From: a virus
Direction: 5' to 3' (one strand)
Length of the DNA stretch: 64,000 nt
IMG/VR virus record: IMGVR_UViG_3300020448_000002
Coordinates: 32,001-96,000 of that record
Positions within the stretch are counted from its first letter, which is position 1. Every line of letters starts with the position of its first letter. This document shows positions 1 through 9,423 of this stretch, one piece after another. Made by a program: the position numbers and the translations under genes. The notes under the pieces are model-generated. The model saw only the letters and a list, made by a program, of their open reading frames with translations. It did no database searches and was not told where the DNA came from.

Positions 1-558
1 AAACAAGAAGATAATCTCAATGATTTTATTTTTGAGTCAACAATAACAGATAAGAATGTATGTAATTATCTCATAGATCAATATCATATGATGGAGCATC
101 ATGAAGGTAGAGTGACTAACGATCAGGAAAATTATGTCAATACTAATCTCAAGGTGACAGAGCAAAGTTTTGTTGAACCAGATCATGCATCATACCAGAC
201 AATATATGAGTGTATAGATAAGACAATTAGTGTACTACCATATAGATTAACTATACCTTATGATATAACTTCAACTGAATATTCTATTAGCAGGTATCTA
301 AAAGGTGAAGGACACTTTGGAACTCATGTTGACACAACATCCAAAATGACTTATAATAGGCTTCTTGCCTTTATATTATATCTTAATGATGTTGAAGAGG
401 GTGGTGAGACTGAGTTTATGACTCTTAACAGATTAGTAAAACCAGAAACAGGAAAAGTATTATGCTTTCCTTGTAATTTTATGTTTCCTCATAAAGGCAA
501 TATCCCTTTATCGAATGATAAGTATATTGTCACAGCATTTGTTTATCCAACATGGTAA
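1..558 (+). CDS. 2OG-Fe(II) oxygenase (prolyl-4-hydroxylase-like), 5'-truncated by window edge
   Basis: Frame is open from base 1 (KQEDNLNDF...) into the ORF-track start at 88; HVD...LAFILYLNDVEEGGETEF...FPH...KY motifs. Confidence 0.85.
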   Translation, partial: KQEDNLNDFIFESTITDKNVCNYLIDQYHMMEHHEGRVTNDQENYVNTNLKVTEQSFVEPDHASYQTIYECIDKTISVLPYRLTIPYDITSTEYSISRYLKGEGHFGTHVDTTSKMTYNRLLAFILYLNDVEEGGETEFMTLNRLVKPETGKVLCFPCNFMFPHKGNIPLSNDKYIVTAFVYPTW

Positions 559-1127
559 ATAACGATTACAACCTATATGAAATAGATCCAATTCATTGTG
601 GTATAGATCACGATAAATTGATTCAATATGTAGATATGTCAAAGGCTAAGTTTGAACATCTATTTGATGATAAAACACATGATACTGGTTTTTATTATCT
701 CTACAATTTCTTTAGTATAGCTTCATGTAATAAGGATACATATAACTTATATCTTGCTATTGTAAAATGTATAAGAGATTATTTTGAAGTCCATAATATA
801 TCAAAAGATAGTGTATGGATGCAAATGTGGATGAACATACATGATAAAGATCAAGTGCTTAAATCACATTCACATGACTTTCCTTATCATGGTTATTTCT
901 CATTAACACCTCAAAATACTGACACAGTATTTCAAGATAAAAAAGATGGAAAAGAACTGTATAGAATAAAGAATGCACCATACAATGTTTATATTGGACC
1001 TGGTGAAAGACATCATTATGTTGATGTATTAGAAGACTATACAGATAAGAGAATTACATTTGGATTTGATATTCAAACTGATGATTTAGTTACTGGTAAC
1101 TTTAGTTTTATACCTATAGCATTATGA
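552..1127 (+). CDS. Putative 2OG-Fe(II) oxygenase (HxH type)
   Basis: WMNIH...HSH...HGYF...HYV...RITFGFD pattern; overlaps neighbours. Confidence 0.65.
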   Translation: MVNNDYNLYEIDPIHCGIDHDKLIQYVDMSKAKFEHLFDDKTHDTGFYYLYNFFSIASCNKDTYNLYLAIVKCIRDYFEVHNISKDSVWMQMWMNIHDKDQVLKSHSHDFPYHGYFSLTPQNTDTVFQDKKDGKELYRIKNAPYNVYIGPGERHHYVDVLEDYTDKRITFGFDIQTDDLVTGNFSFIPIAL

Positions 1128-1705
1128 TTAAATTAGATTTATATTTCCCTACACCAGTATGGTGGACTGATACTGATCTTGATAATGAATATTTGAAAGA
1201 TATAGTATATAATAAAAAATTTGAATTTCCAGAAGGAAGAGAAGTTAGCAACTATGGTGGATGGCAGTCAAATGTATTTCCACCGACTCATGTACCACCA
1301 TTATGTGATGTAGCAGTTCAAATAGCAGATCAAGTTAAAGAAGATATGGGATTAAATCCATATACTGAATTTAATGTAGATAATCTATGGTGTAATGTTA
1401 ATAATCAAGGTAACTCAAATCAAATACATATACATCATGGTTCATTCTTATCTGGTGTATATTATGTTCAAGCTAATGAGAATAGTGGTGATCTTATATT
1501 TTACAAAGATTTTAATAAGCAGTATATGAAAACTACTGATACAGAAATAGTAAAACATACACCATTAACAGGGGATGTAGTAAGATATAAACCTAAAACT
1601 GGTAGGATGTTTGTATTTCCTGGTTGGTTACCACACTCAGTAGATAAGTGTATAGATAATACAGATAGAGTATCTATTGCCTTTAACATATTAATTAAAA
1701 AATGA
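1124..1705 (+). CDS. 2OG-Fe(II) oxygenase, TIGR02466-like
   Basis: FPTPVW, WCNVN, HIH...LSGVYY, FPGWLPHSV, RVSIAFN. Confidence 0.85.
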   Translation: MIKLDLYFPTPVWWTDTDLDNEYLKDIVYNKKFEFPEGREVSNYGGWQSNVFPPTHVPPLCDVAVQIADQVKEDMGLNPYTEFNVDNLWCNVNNQGNSNQIHIHHGSFLSGVYYVQANENSGDLIFYKDFNKQYMKTTDTEIVKHTPLTGDVVRYKPKTGRMFVFPGWLPHSVDKCIDNTDRVSIAFNILIKK

Positions 1706-2220
1706 TTCAAACTATTGAAAATATTATTCCAGAGTCACAACAAGATTTCCTTTTAGGTAAGGTAACTGACTTAAGTTTTGACTGGCATTTTATGCCTGAT
1801 GTAACTTATGTTGAAGAAGGAGAAGGAATAAACACACCAGGTTTTGCTAACCTATTAGTCAATGGACAGAAGAGATCAGGTCAGGAAGATTTATTCATGT
1901 CGCCACTTATTGAGTACTTACATAGATCAAATCAAAAGTTAGGTGCATTGCATAGAATGAGATTAGGAATGACTTTGAACAATAGCAATGAAGAACATAA
2001 CAATAAACATATTGATTTTAACTTTCCACATCAAGTAGGATTATATTATATGAATGATAGTGATGGTGATACACTTGTTTGGAATGATGATATTGTCACC
2101 AGAGTATCACCTAAGAAAGGAACATTTTTTGTATTTGATGGAGCATTTCCTCATGCTAGTTCATGCCCTAAAGAATATTCAACAAGAATTGTTTTAACAT
2201 ATAATTTTACGACAAGATGA
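1702..2220 (+). CDS. 2OG-Fe(II) oxygenase
   Basis: HID...LYYMNDSDGDT...PKKG...FDG..PHAS...RIVL. Confidence 0.8.
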   Translation: MIQTIENIIPESQQDFLLGKVTDLSFDWHFMPDVTYVEEGEGINTPGFANLLVNGQKRSGQEDLFMSPLIEYLHRSNQKLGALHRMRLGMTLNNSNEEHNNKHIDFNFPHQVGLYYMNDSDGDTLVWNDDIVTRVSPKKGTFFVFDGAFPHASSCPKEYSTRIVLTYNFTTR

Positions 2221-2819
2221 GACTACCATTAACAGTAGTAGATAACTTTTTTGAGACACCAACACTTGTAAGAGACTTTGCACTACAGCAAGAGTTTTTT
2301 AAAGGTGACAGAGGAAATTGGCCAGGTATTCGCACTAAGTTTATAGAAGACTTAGATGTAGATTTCTTTAATAAATTACATGATAAACTATTAAATCATA
2401 TACCTAGAAATTATAAAGGATTTCAACATTTAGAAGCAACATTTCAATTAATAGATGAGACATATAAAAGAGGATGGGTTCATAATGATGACCCTAAGTG
2501 GAATGTAGCAGGGATTATATATTTAAACAATGATAAACCTAAACAAGATTGTGGAACTACATTTTATGATGATAGAGATACATCAAATGATGGAGATCAC
2601 AGTAAAGAATATTGTGATGATGTAAATGATAATATAGGACAGAATGAAGACGTAAGAGATAAAGTTAATTCAAGATGGGTACCTAGTATGCTTGCAGAAA
2701 ATAGATGGAATCGTTGTGTTATATCTGACTCAACTAGATGGCATAGTGCAGGTAGATTCTTTGGACATAATAAAGAGACATCTCGATTGACTCTAGTATT
2801 CTTTGGGAGGGTAATATGA
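2217..2819 (+). CDS. 2OG-Fe(II) oxygenase-like (DUF6445-like)
   Basis: VVDNFF..P, WPGIRT, WVHND, AGIIYL, NRWNR, WHSA, RLTLVFF. Confidence 0.75.
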   Translation: MRLPLTVVDNFFETPTLVRDFALQQEFFKGDRGNWPGIRTKFIEDLDVDFFNKLHDKLLNHIPRNYKGFQHLEATFQLIDETYKRGWVHNDDPKWNVAGIIYLNNDKPKQDCGTTFYDDRDTSNDGDHSKEYCDDVNDNIGQNEDVRDKVNSRWVPSMLAENRWNRCVISDSTRWHSAGRFFGHNKETSRLTLVFFGRVI

Positions 2820-3400
2820 GTGATATTATAGTTGTAGATGATTTCATATCAAAAGATTATGCAGATCACATAGAACAAATAGTTAATGAAAAAGATTTCC
2901 CACTACATTTTAGAAAAGGAATTGTAACCAACGAGGATGAACATGAAGGTAATGTAGATGGCTTCATTCATATGTTATATGAAGTCCAAAAACCTGTATC
3001 ACCTAGATTTCCGTTAATATATCCTATGGTATTAAGTATTACTGAAGCAACTGGTATTAAATGGAATGTATTAGAAAGATTGAGATTTAATTTCATGTTA
3101 GGTAATAGGACATCTAAACTATTACATCATGCACCTCATACTGATAACTATACACCACACTGGTCAGCAATATATTATGTTCATGATTGTGATGGTGATA
3201 CATTCTTTTTCGATCAAAAACTTACTAAATTTACAGAAGAAGAATCATATCAAATAACATACGATAATAACTGGACAATTAAAAAACGTGTATCACCTAA
3301 GAAAGGGAGACTGGTAATGTTTGATGGTGTAAGATTTCATGCTAGTTCATTCACTAAAACTAAACCATTTAGATGTGTACTTAATATGAATTTCTCATGA
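2816..3400 (+). CDS. 2OG-Fe(II) oxygenase
   Basis: PHTD...IYYVHDCDGDT...PKKGR...FDG..FHAS...RCVLN; paralogous to 1702-2220. Confidence 0.8.
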   Translation: MSDIIVVDDFISKDYADHIEQIVNEKDFPLHFRKGIVTNEDEHEGNVDGFIHMLYEVQKPVSPRFPLIYPMVLSITEATGIKWNVLERLRFNFMLGNRTSKLLHHAPHTDNYTPHWSAIYYVHDCDGDTFFFDQKLTKFTEEESYQITYDNNWTIKKRVSPKKGRLVMFDGVRFHASSFTKTKPFRCVLNMNFS

Positions 3401-3930
3401 TAAACGTAGTTAGACAAGCAATTAGTAAAGATACTTGTGAAGTAATATCTAATAGTATTGAATTCATGAGAGTGATGATGGGCAACCCACCTGACCCTAC
3501 TATCAATAATGCTTTTGGATACTATTCCCCAGTATTCTTAGAAGGCTTAATGTTGTATATGCAACCAGAGATAGAGAAAAAAGTCAGTAAGAAATTACAT
3601 CCAACATACTCTTATGGTAGGATATATGGACATGGATCAGTATTAGAGAAACATACAGATAGACCAAGTGGTGAATATGGTGTCACCTGTTGTTTAGAAA
3701 AACAATGTAATTATCCTATATTTTTTGAAATGGAAGGTGGACACGTCATAGATATAGAATTGGATGTAGGAGATATATGCATTTACAAAGGCATAGACTA
3801 TCCTCATTGGAGAGAACCCTATCAAGGTAATAGACACATTCAAGTATTTCTCATGTATGTTGATAGTAAAGGATTGTACAAGGACTGGAAGTGGGATAAA
3901 AGAGATAGCTTATGCCAACCACCAATCTGA
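3397..3930 (+). CDS. 2OG-Fe(II) oxygenase
   Basis: PTYSYGRIY..G..L.KHTDR, GD..IYKG...HWRE, QVFL. Confidence 0.8.
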   Translation: MINVVRQAISKDTCEVISNSIEFMRVMMGNPPDPTINNAFGYYSPVFLEGLMLYMQPEIEKKVSKKLHPTYSYGRIYGHGSVLEKHTDRPSGEYGVTCCLEKQCNYPIFFEMEGGHVIDIELDVGDICIYKGIDYPHWREPYQGNRHIQVFLMYVDSKGLYKDWKWDKRDSLCQPPI

Positions 3931-3968
3931 CCACAGGGTATGGACAATAAGAAAATATGTGCTAGAAT
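3912..3968 (+). promoter_or_regulatory. Degenerate palindrome/early promoter cassette
   Basis: ATGCCAAC-N6-TCTGACCAC, TGGACA at 3941, TAGAAT at 3963. Confidence 0.4.
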
Positions 3969-3991
3969 AATAGAGTCCATAATATCCGACA

Positions 3992-4261
3992 ATGCCAACA
4001 TTTACACTCACAGCCGTTGACGATGACGGAACGGTGACAACCAAAGAATTTTCATCACCTTTCTTAGCAGAGGTGGTAGAAAAGACTGATGACTTCTTAC
4101 GAGGAGTAGGATTTGTCTATGAAGACCTTAGAGTAATTCATAGTGATGAAGACTACGATACGATAACAAAAGAAGGAATAGTTCGTAGCGAAAGCAAAAA
4201 ACGAAAACCATTCACACCTGATTCATCTGTTTATAAAGATGATATAATCGGTATTGAATAA
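3992..4261 (+). CDS. Hypothetical protein
   Basis: ORF track; follows promoter-like element. Confidence 0.7.
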   Translation: MPTFTLTAVDDDGTVTTKEFSSPFLAEVVEKTDDFLRGVGFVYEDLRVIHSDEDYDTITKEGIVRSESKKRKPFTPDSSVYKDDIIGIE

Positions 4262-4327
4262 TACTGTAATCATGTGTCAGCATGATACTATATAATTTGT
4301 AGTTACTATTTTTTATTAATTTACAAC

Positions 4328-4495
4328 ATGGGTAAAACTTTTAGACAAGGTGGAACTGAAAGAGGGTATAATGTACCTGGTAAATCACTAAGAGACAAAC
4401 GAGCAAAATCAACCAAAAACTATTCCAAAGGGGATTCTTATGACTATGGTAAAAAAACCAAAAAATACGGATACAACGGAGAAGTTGGAAGATGA
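4328..4495 (+). CDS. Small basic protein (MGKTFRQGG...)
   Basis: 55-codon ORF read manually; Lys/Arg/Gly-rich. Confidence 0.6.
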   Translation: MGKTFRQGGTERGYNVPGKSLRDKRAKSTKNYSKGDSYDYGKKTKKYGYNGEVGR

Positions 4496-4574
4496 TGATC
4501 TAGACTACGAAGATATGTACTATGACGATGATTATGGTGCATCCTTTGAAATAGAATACACAACTCAAGACTAA
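4440..4574 (+). CDS. Small acidic hypothetical protein
   Basis: 44-codon ORF read manually; stop overlaps next ATG (TAATG). Confidence 0.45.
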   Translation: MTMVKKPKNTDTTEKLEDDDLDYEDMYYDDDYGASFEIEYTTQD

Positions 4575-4822
4575 TGATCGGAAAAGAAACCCCCGAAATT
4601 AAGTATGATCGAGCATTAACTCTATTTGAAGAGTCAGTATTACAACCTGACTCTAAACTTAGAGGTTGTGCATATAATCAAGGATGTTTTAATGAACTCA
4701 TGGAGATCAGAGAACACGTTTTAGATTATCTTAAAACTTTAAGAGAGGTCACTCGTCACACTAATGCTGATGAGAGTGACGATATTGAAACTGCCAAGTT
4801 ACAAACAATGAAATCAAAGTGA
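4574..4822 (+). CDS. Hypothetical protein
   Basis: ORF track; coupled to neighbours. Confidence 0.7.
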   Translation: MIGKETPEIKYDRALTLFEESVLQPDSKLRGCAYNQGCFNELMEIREHVLDYLKTLREVTRHTNADESDDIETAKLQTMKSK

Positions 4823-5019
4823 TCGGACTTAACTCAGCAATTTTATCAACAGATCAAAAACTCATCGTCAAAGATTCTTTGATGATGTATGTCTGTTCTC
4901 TACAGAAACAATACTTTAGAGACGGAAATTTATCGTCAGTAGAATATCTCAAACGAATGAAAGAGATAGAAACGATTGCTGACCAATTACATTTAAAGGA
5001 ACTTTACAAACATGGATGA
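4819..5019 (+). CDS. Hypothetical protein
   Basis: ORF track; GTGA overlap. Confidence 0.6.
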   Translation: MIGLNSAILSTDQKLIVKDSLMMYVCSLQKQYFRDGNLSSVEYLKRMKEIETIADQLHLKELYKHG

Positions 5020-5197
5020 ACCCACAGATTTATATCAAGACATGGAGAAACTCAATATGTTATATGAAGAATTGATGTGGGACAATGATGATGTTTTAGA
5101 CTTTACACCTGATTATAAACATGATAGAATTATAATCACTAATATCTCTCAAAGGAGTAGGAGAATTAAACATGGTAAAGATCTAGATGCATTATGA
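5012..5197 (+). CDS. Hypothetical protein
   Basis: ORF track. Confidence 0.6.
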   Translation: MDEPTDLYQDMEKLNMLYEELMWDNDDVLDFTPDYKHDRIIITNISQRSRRIKHGKDLDAL

Positions 5198-5367
5198 AAT
5201 ACCATTTGTATGACCAACATGAAATACATCAAGGAACTTTTGAATCAATAGAAAAGTTGAGAAACTTTTTATGTGATCGAAAGTATGCTGAGAATTGTGA
5301 TAAAGACATAGGTTGTACATTTGATTATATTAAACACATTAAATGGTTTTTTGAAATAGAAGAATGA
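5194..5367 (+). CDS. Hypothetical protein (MKYHLYDQHE...)
   Basis: 57-codon ORF read manually; ATGA overlaps at both ends. Confidence 0.6.
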   Translation: MKYHLYDQHEIHQGTFESIEKLRNFLCDRKYAENCDKDIGCTFDYIKHIKWFFEIEE

Positions 5368-5537
5368 TTGAAACACTAATTGCCTCAACTATTATTACTG
5401 TTAGTTGTGCTGACATCAATGCTCTTATTGATAGAGCAAAAACATATCCTGACATAACTGAAGAACATAGAGCAGAAGTCATAGACATCTATCGTGATTT
5501 TGGTAAGAAACAGGGATTAGATTGTGATGCAGAATGA
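5364..5537 (+). CDS. Hypothetical protein (MIETLIAS...)
   Basis: 57-codon ORF read manually; ATGA overlaps at both ends. Confidence 0.6.
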   Translation: MIETLIASTIITVSCADINALIDRAKTYPDITEEHRAEVIDIYRDFGKKQGLDCDAE

Positions 5538-6154
5538 TAAAACACTTTAATCCAAAGTGGTATTTCAAGGACACACTCACAGATATAGATCAGCAACAGA
5601 TAGATAATTGGTTTGCTGACTTATATAAAGATGCAGAAGGATTTGGAATACCAAAAGACTGGCAGAAATTATGTAGAGTAACATCTACAGATAGAAAGAG
5701 TGATGGTAATCCAATATGGGAAGACTATTTAAAATTACTTAAACCTTATCAGGATAAGTTTTTAAGTGAGATAGAAACATATTGGGATGCAGAATTAATA
5801 TGTGATAATGTATGGGTCAACAGATATACACAGGGAGATTTTCAAGAGGTTCATAACCATTGTCATCCCGACTATAATATTGCTATGGTATATTTTCATA
5901 AGTGTAATGGGTCACAGTTTCATTTCTTTGATTCATCATGGACAGAATATAGATCAAGCGGATTAGATTATATTATGAATGTAGTAGGAGAAGAGATAGT
6001 ACAACTAGAGATAGAACAGGGAGATATAATTATGTTCCCAACTAACTATCCTCATTTTGTATCGCCCAATATGAACGAGGAACTAAGGATTACGTTTGCA
6101 GGTAACTTTAAACTACAAAGAAAACATATGACAATACGAGAACTGACCACATAA
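5534..6154 (+). CDS. 2OG-Fe(II) oxygenase, TIGR02466-like
   Basis: WVNRY..GDFQEVHNH, MVYF, FPT..PHFV.PN, RITFAGN. Confidence 0.8.
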   Translation: MIKHFNPKWYFKDTLTDIDQQQIDNWFADLYKDAEGFGIPKDWQKLCRVTSTDRKSDGNPIWEDYLKLLKPYQDKFLSEIETYWDAELICDNVWVNRYTQGDFQEVHNHCHPDYNIAMVYFHKCNGSQFHFFDSSWTEYRSSGLDYIMNVVGEEIVQLEIEQGDIIMFPTNYPHFVSPNMNEELRITFAGNFKLQRKHMTIRELTT

Positions 6155-6183
6155 GTGACATGGTGGTAATAGTGTGGTATACT
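6128..6183 (+). promoter_or_regulatory. Degenerate palindrome/early promoter cassette
   Basis: ATGACAAT-N6-ACTGACCAC then extended -10 TGGTATACT (TATACT 6178-6183). Confidence 0.5.
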
Positions 6184-6205
6184 AGTATCATAACTAAAGA
6201 GATTA

Positions 6206-6649
6206 ATGACTCAAATCGAACTCAACAAAACATACACTTATGAGTGTGATGCTACATTTGGCACACTATCACAAGAGAAAGTTAATAAGTTATTTACTGA
6301 TGGTAGAAGAGCATCTGGATTTCTTGAGATTCAATTAGAAGAGTGGTTTCCTAATCTTACATTTGTAGATGGTAAAGGTTATGACCACGTTGATACAGAT
6401 GGACTCAAGTATGATGCAAAATGTTTTACCAAAGGTGGTTCAAAGTTTTGTTCATCAAAGTATTTGGGTGTAGGTAGATCATTAAATGTTGAAGAGCATG
6501 AAGCACACGCAGAAAATATTATCTACATTTTTACAGATGTGGTAGAATTTCCAAAGGTTCAAGTTAAATTTGTAAAAGGTTCTGACTTAATTCAGACTTA
6601 TAAAAAAGGTTCAATTCCATTCTCACATAGAAATGCTTTATTTGGATGA
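6206..6649 (+). CDS. Putative PD-(D/E)xK restriction-endonuclease-like protein
   Basis: Helix Glu (FLEIQL), then GYDH...KYDAKC (D...DxK); overlaps the methyltransferase start. Confidence 0.5.
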   Translation: MTQIELNKTYTYECDATFGTLSQEKVNKLFTDGRRASGFLEIQLEEWFPNLTFVDGKGYDHVDTDGLKYDAKCFTKGGSKFCSSKYLGVGRSLNVEEHEAHAENIIYIFTDVVEFPKVQVKFVKGSDLIQTYKKGSIPFSHRNALFG

Positions 6650-7418
6650 TTGTATTACAGGGATGCAGAAACTAGATGAGAAATCAGTTGATGCAGTTGT
6701 AACATCCCCACCATACAACTTAAATATTAAATACAGTAAATACAACGATAAGAAACCAGTAGATCAATATCTATCATGGTTAGGAGACGTATTTGCTGAA
6801 TGTAAACGTGTACTTAAAGATGACGGTCATCTATTTGTTAACATGGGATATTCTAATGTTAATCCTACAATAGGTATAGATGTATGTTGTAAGTTAAGAG
6901 AGAATTATATACTACAGAATAATATTGCATGGATTAAAAGTGTTCATACTGATAAGACACATGGACATTTTAAACCTATCAATAGTAAGAGATTCTTATG
7001 CCCAACATGGGAACATCTATTTCATTTTACAAAAGATGGTAAGATAGAGATCGATAGATTATCAGTTGGAGTGAAGTATGAATACTATGAAGCAAACATT
7101 CGTGGTAATAATACTAAGGACAATAAACCTAACCTAAGAGACAAAGGTAACTCATGGTTTATACCATACGAAACTAGACAAAGTAAACTAGAGAAAGGTA
7201 ACCACCCCGCTATTTTTCCAGTTAAACTTGTAGAGGATTGTATTAAACTTACTGGTAAAAGTAGTGGTATTGTTTTAGACCCATTCATGGGAACTGGAAC
7301 TACAGGAGTAGCAGCAGTTAACTTAGGATGGGATTATATTGGATATGATATAGATGAAGACTATGTTAAGTATTCTAAACAAAGATTAGAAGGGGGATTG
7401 AAATCATTATTAAAATGA
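6633..7418 (+). CDS. Beta-class N4-cytosine/N6-adenine DNA methyltransferase
   Basis: VVTSPPY catalytic motif near N-terminus, HPAIFP, VLDPFMGTGTT SAM-binding motif near C-terminus. Confidence 0.92.
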   Translation: MLYLDDCITGMQKLDEKSVDAVVTSPPYNLNIKYSKYNDKKPVDQYLSWLGDVFAECKRVLKDDGHLFVNMGYSNVNPTIGIDVCCKLRENYILQNNIAWIKSVHTDKTHGHFKPINSKRFLCPTWEHLFHFTKDGKIEIDRLSVGVKYEYYEANIRGNNTKDNKPNLRDKGNSWFIPYETRQSKLEKGNHPAIFPVKLVEDCIKLTGKSSGIVLDPFMGTGTTGVAAVNLGWDYIGYDIDEDYVKYSKQRLEGGLKSLLK

Positions 7419-7500
7419 TATATAATAATGAACAAAGTAATTTATGTGAAGACACACCAGTCAAGCAGGATTATAAAACGTATAACAACGAGGTAGAACA

Positions 7501-8604
7501 ATGACACAACAATTAGTTGTGGGAGAGTGGTATGAATTACCAGGAATTCCAGATGTAATTATTTGTTTAATGAAAACAGATAATTTTTTAATGTACCCAG
7601 AGTGGATAACACAAAGAGATACATTAATGAGATCAAAGAAGAAAGCATCCTTAGATCATTTAAGAGTATTATTTCCTACTCATCATATAGTAGCACTAGG
7701 AGAATTAACAGAAGATGATGTATGGGAAGATGGAACAGAATATGAAGCAGGAACAGAGTGGAGACTTGATGCTAATACCAGAGCATATTTGTGGCAGTCA
7801 GGTAAAACAAATGAGTTACCAGAGAATGTATTAGCAGTAAAGTATAGAGAACCAACACTAGTAAAGTTAAGAAGAACTTACTGGACATTCGATAATCCCT
7901 CAGCAGCAGAAATGGCAGCAGAAGTGTTAACAGGATGTCAGAAGTCACTAGGTATGAACTTAAAAACTAAGAAGTTTATTGAAGGACAATATGTTACAGC
8001 ACTATCTTATACTTGCCAGTATCATGACCCCGACAATTATGGTTCAAAAGGATTATGGTCAGAAACTGACGATAAGACTATAACTCAAAGTGAGTATCGT
8101 AGAACTAAAATGCAAAATGCTATAATGCAGTATAAAAATACTATCATAGCACTTGATACATTATTAGATACTACAAAGTATAATAAGCATTACGATCAAA
8201 CATTTATGACCGCATTATTCTTACATCATATCAAGAATAATCATTTCTCTAAAGAGATTGAAATCCTATGTAAACTATTAAGTGGAACTAAGGAAGATAA
8301 GTATGGAGAGACAGAAGGCATAATGATAAAACAAAAAGGAATGTTAGATGCAGTTGGATGGATATACAGAGAATGTATAGGTCAGTCTAATTACATACCT
8401 GATAGAGGTAAGATGGATGGATTTGCTCAGGGAGTACCATTTTTTAGTTACTGGTTAGATGTAGCAAAAGATAAAGGATTAAAGCATCAACAAAAGGTAG
8501 GAGCAAAGCAAGGTTATCAAAAATGGTTTGAGTCATTCTTAAAGAGACCTGACTTTAAAACACTAGAACAACTAGTAGTGGACACTACTAACATTGACTA
8601 CTAG
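7501..8604 (+). CDS. Hypothetical protein with possible ParB/Srx (DGQHR-like) N-terminal domain
   Basis: TQRDT...RLDANTRAY...TFDN resembles the QR...DGxxR...FxxxN pattern; RBS GAGGT. Confidence 0.45.
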   Translation: MTQQLVVGEWYELPGIPDVIICLMKTDNFLMYPEWITQRDTLMRSKKKASLDHLRVLFPTHHIVALGELTEDDVWEDGTEYEAGTEWRLDANTRAYLWQSGKTNELPENVLAVKYREPTLVKLRRTYWTFDNPSAAEMAAEVLTGCQKSLGMNLKTKKFIEGQYVTALSYTCQYHDPDNYGSKGLWSETDDKTITQSEYRRTKMQNAIMQYKNTIIALDTLLDTTKYNKHYDQTFMTALFLHHIKNNHFSKEIEILCKLLSGTKEDKYGETEGIMIKQKGMLDAVGWIYRECIGQSNYIPDRGKMDGFAQGVPFFSYWLDVAKDKGLKHQQKVGAKQGYQKWFESFLKRPDFKTLEQLVVDTTNIDY

Positions 8605-8630
8605 ACATACATACTATTCTATACTATACT
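8580..8630 (+). promoter_or_regulatory. Sigma70-type promoter with degenerate palindrome
   Basis: TAGACA(8602)-N17-TATACT(8625). Confidence 0.5.
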
Positions 8631-8635
8631 AAGTT

Positions 8636-8812
8636 ATGAGAAAATTCTTTAGTCCTAAAGGACAAATCAGACTCATTAAAAAAGCACTCAAATCTGATAC
8701 TTACTATTCTAGTGAAGAGTTGATTAAATTAAAAACATCACTCAGAAAACTAGAAAAGGAAGTAGAGGAAGAGAGACAAACCCAAAATGGAGGATTTGGT
8801 TATGACATTTAA
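8636..8812 (+). CDS. Small hypothetical protein
   Basis: 58-codon ORF read manually (MRKFFSPKGQ...GGFGYDI). Confidence 0.55.
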   Translation: MRKFFSPKGQIRLIKKALKSDTYYSSEELIKLKTSLRKLEKEVEEERQTQNGGFGYDI

Positions 8813-8930
8813 TGTCTATGAAATTATCGAGGACAAGAAAACTAAAGTCCAAGAAGAAGAGGAAGAGTGGGTATCCGAGATCATAGGATCAGAGGATGAT
8901 GAACTCAAAAGATTATTACAGGAGTTTTAA
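8802..8930 (+). CDS. Small acidic hypothetical protein
   Basis: 42-codon ORF, GGAGG upstream, stop abuts next ATG. Confidence 0.5.
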   Translation: MTFNVYEIIEDKKTKVQEEEEEWVSEIIGSEDDELKRLLQEF

Positions 8931-9284
8931 ATGAACAGGTATGAAGTCCTATTACAACGTGATAATGGCATAAACAAAAGAGTTTATGTTGATGACTGTT
9001 ACTATGAAGACGAAGCAAGATTACTTGCAGAGTCACAATATGGATTGCCAGTATTGAAAGTATTATATCAAGGTCAATCTAATAGTGGACAATACCAACA
9101 TGAATTAGAACCACCTTATCCTAACTATAATCAAAACATATTCAGAAGAGGATTGTTTGATTTTCAAGTCATAGGAACACTTGGAGGTTTATTATTATTG
9201 TTTGTTTTTATACAGTATTGGTACTTATTTGTTGGAGCGTGTATATTTGGTATTATATACAGTATCGTAAGAGACGAAAACTAA
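8931..9284 (+). CDS. Hypothetical membrane protein
   Basis: C-terminal hydrophobic segments; RBS CAGGAG. Confidence 0.65.
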   Translation: MNRYEVLLQRDNGINKRVYVDDCYYEDEARLLAESQYGLPVLKVLYQGQSNSGQYQHELEPPYPNYNQNIFRRGLFDFQVIGTLGGLLLLFVFIQYWYLFVGACIFGIIYSIVRDEN

Positions 9285-9423
9285 AATAGGCATAAATTCT
9301 TGTTACTTTTATCGTATATTATACTATCTAATTTCTAAATAATAATGTAGAATCTAGGAGCAACAAGATGCACTAAAACCTCATGTATTATGGGATTAAC
9401 TAAATTTTACTAGGATTATTTGT

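Noticed and set aside
1-3930. Oxygenases as TET/JBP or AlkB DNA-modifying enzymes
   Set aside because: Motifs fit prolyl-hydroxylase-like and TIGR02466-like families; no TET/JBP-specific signature could be supported by eye.
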